A stretch of 64,000 nt of DNA. Origin: Squalus acanthias (Eukaryota). The notes beneath the pieces were generated by a model, which ran no database searches, was not told the DNA's origin, and was given only the letters and a program-made list of their open reading frames with translations. The stretch lies in NCBI GenBank assembly GCA_030390025.1, contig JASTWF010000070.1, positions 248,001 through 312,000 of the forward strand, in the 5' to 3' direction. Of this stretch, positions 63,006-64,000 are shown piece by piece (positions within the stretch are counted from its first letter, which is position 1; each line of letters begins with the position of its first letter). Both the position numbers and the translations under genes were made by a program.

Positions 63006-64000
63006 GGCGGTGCAAGTTGGAGTGGAAGTTTTATTTTTGGGAGTTTTTAATATAATGAAACAGATCATTCGATGTGTGCAATCCGCCTTTTTTGCAATGT
63101 AATCGCTGTAGCAATTTCAGTTTTTGGCCAACAATGCGAATGTTTAATAATATCAGAAGTGAACGAAATGATTGTGCAGCTTTGTGAGATGGAACTTTCT
63201 GTACAACTGTCCCCAATACCTTGTGTGTAAACTTTCGCTGTGTGTAGAATGGGAACAGATTTCCCTTTAGTCTGTGATCATATTGTGATTGGAAACTTGT
63301 GTAACACAGCTCTTAATAAACATGAAATGCTGCCACGAGCTTAAAGTGGTCCGTCTTTACTCAGCACTTAAAGGGACATTGAGTGGATTACATAGAATGT
63401 ACAGCACAAACAGGCCTTTCAGCCCAACTGATCGGTGGCGCTGTTTATGCGCCACACGAGTCTCCTCCCACCCTATTTCATCTCAGACCATAAACATATC
63501 TTTCTATTTCTTTCTCCCTCATGTACTTATCGAGCTTCCCCTTAAATACTGCTCTGCTGTTCGAGTCAACTATTGCATATGGTCGTGAGTTCCACATTCT
63601 CAGCACTCTCTGGGTATGAAAGGTTTCTCCTGAATTCACTACAGAATTTCTTAATGTTAAGGTTATGCCCCATTGTTTTGGACGACCCCCAACGGAGGAG
63701 TAATGTCTCTCCATCTACCCTATTAATTCCTTTGAAAATCTTAAGAACCTCAATGAAATCACCGCTTAACATTTGATATTCCAGGGATTACAAGCCTAGT
63801 TTTGTAATCTCTCCTCGTAATGTAAACTGTCGTAAGAATGAGCCTTACGCGTGGTGAACTTAAAGTAAGCTTTAATCAACTAAAAAAGGTGCTACATACA
63901 AAAGAGGTCTTACTCTATGCCTCTCCAGGATCCAACTGATCAGTCCAGTATTTATCCTGGACTAATCACAGGAAGTGATGCAATAAAGTTCGAGTCACAG

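Overview
Vertebrate genomic DNA, almost certainly from a cartilaginous fish (shark), judged by the Ig light-chain type and the CR1 and SINE content. Three copies of a cluster-type Ig light-chain gene lie on the + strand. The C exons match the sigma-cart (type I, NS5-like) isotype. Copy 0 shows only the J-C intron and C exon (2.3-2.6 kb). Copy 1 (11.56-15.70 kb) has a germline-joined VJ with a 2-nt frameshift. Copy 2 (58.64-63.0 kb) has a germline-joined VJ that is in frame. Between copies 1 and 2 are two convergent six-exon genes that the ORF track does not assemble. I spliced them by hand: gene A (+, 22489-29785, 301 aa) and gene B (-, 44981-33992, 313 aa). Each encodes leader, single-exon VJ with no RSS, C1 domain, TM with a juxtamembrane Cys, and a cytoplasmic tail ending in an ITIM-type motif (TLYAHL in A, ILYASL in B). 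They look like non-rearranging, antigen-receptor-like inhibitory receptors embedded in the IgL array. Decayed paralogues flank the pair: a C1 relic at about 20.0-20.3 kb, and an inverted TM/cytoplasmic copy at about 47.5-49.6 kb that has gained a TM Arg and lost the ITIM Tyr. The rest is CR1 and L2 LINE fragments, tRNA-derived SINEs, a PIF/Harbinger relic, simple repeats and two N gaps. All exon models come from manual reading and no database searches were run.
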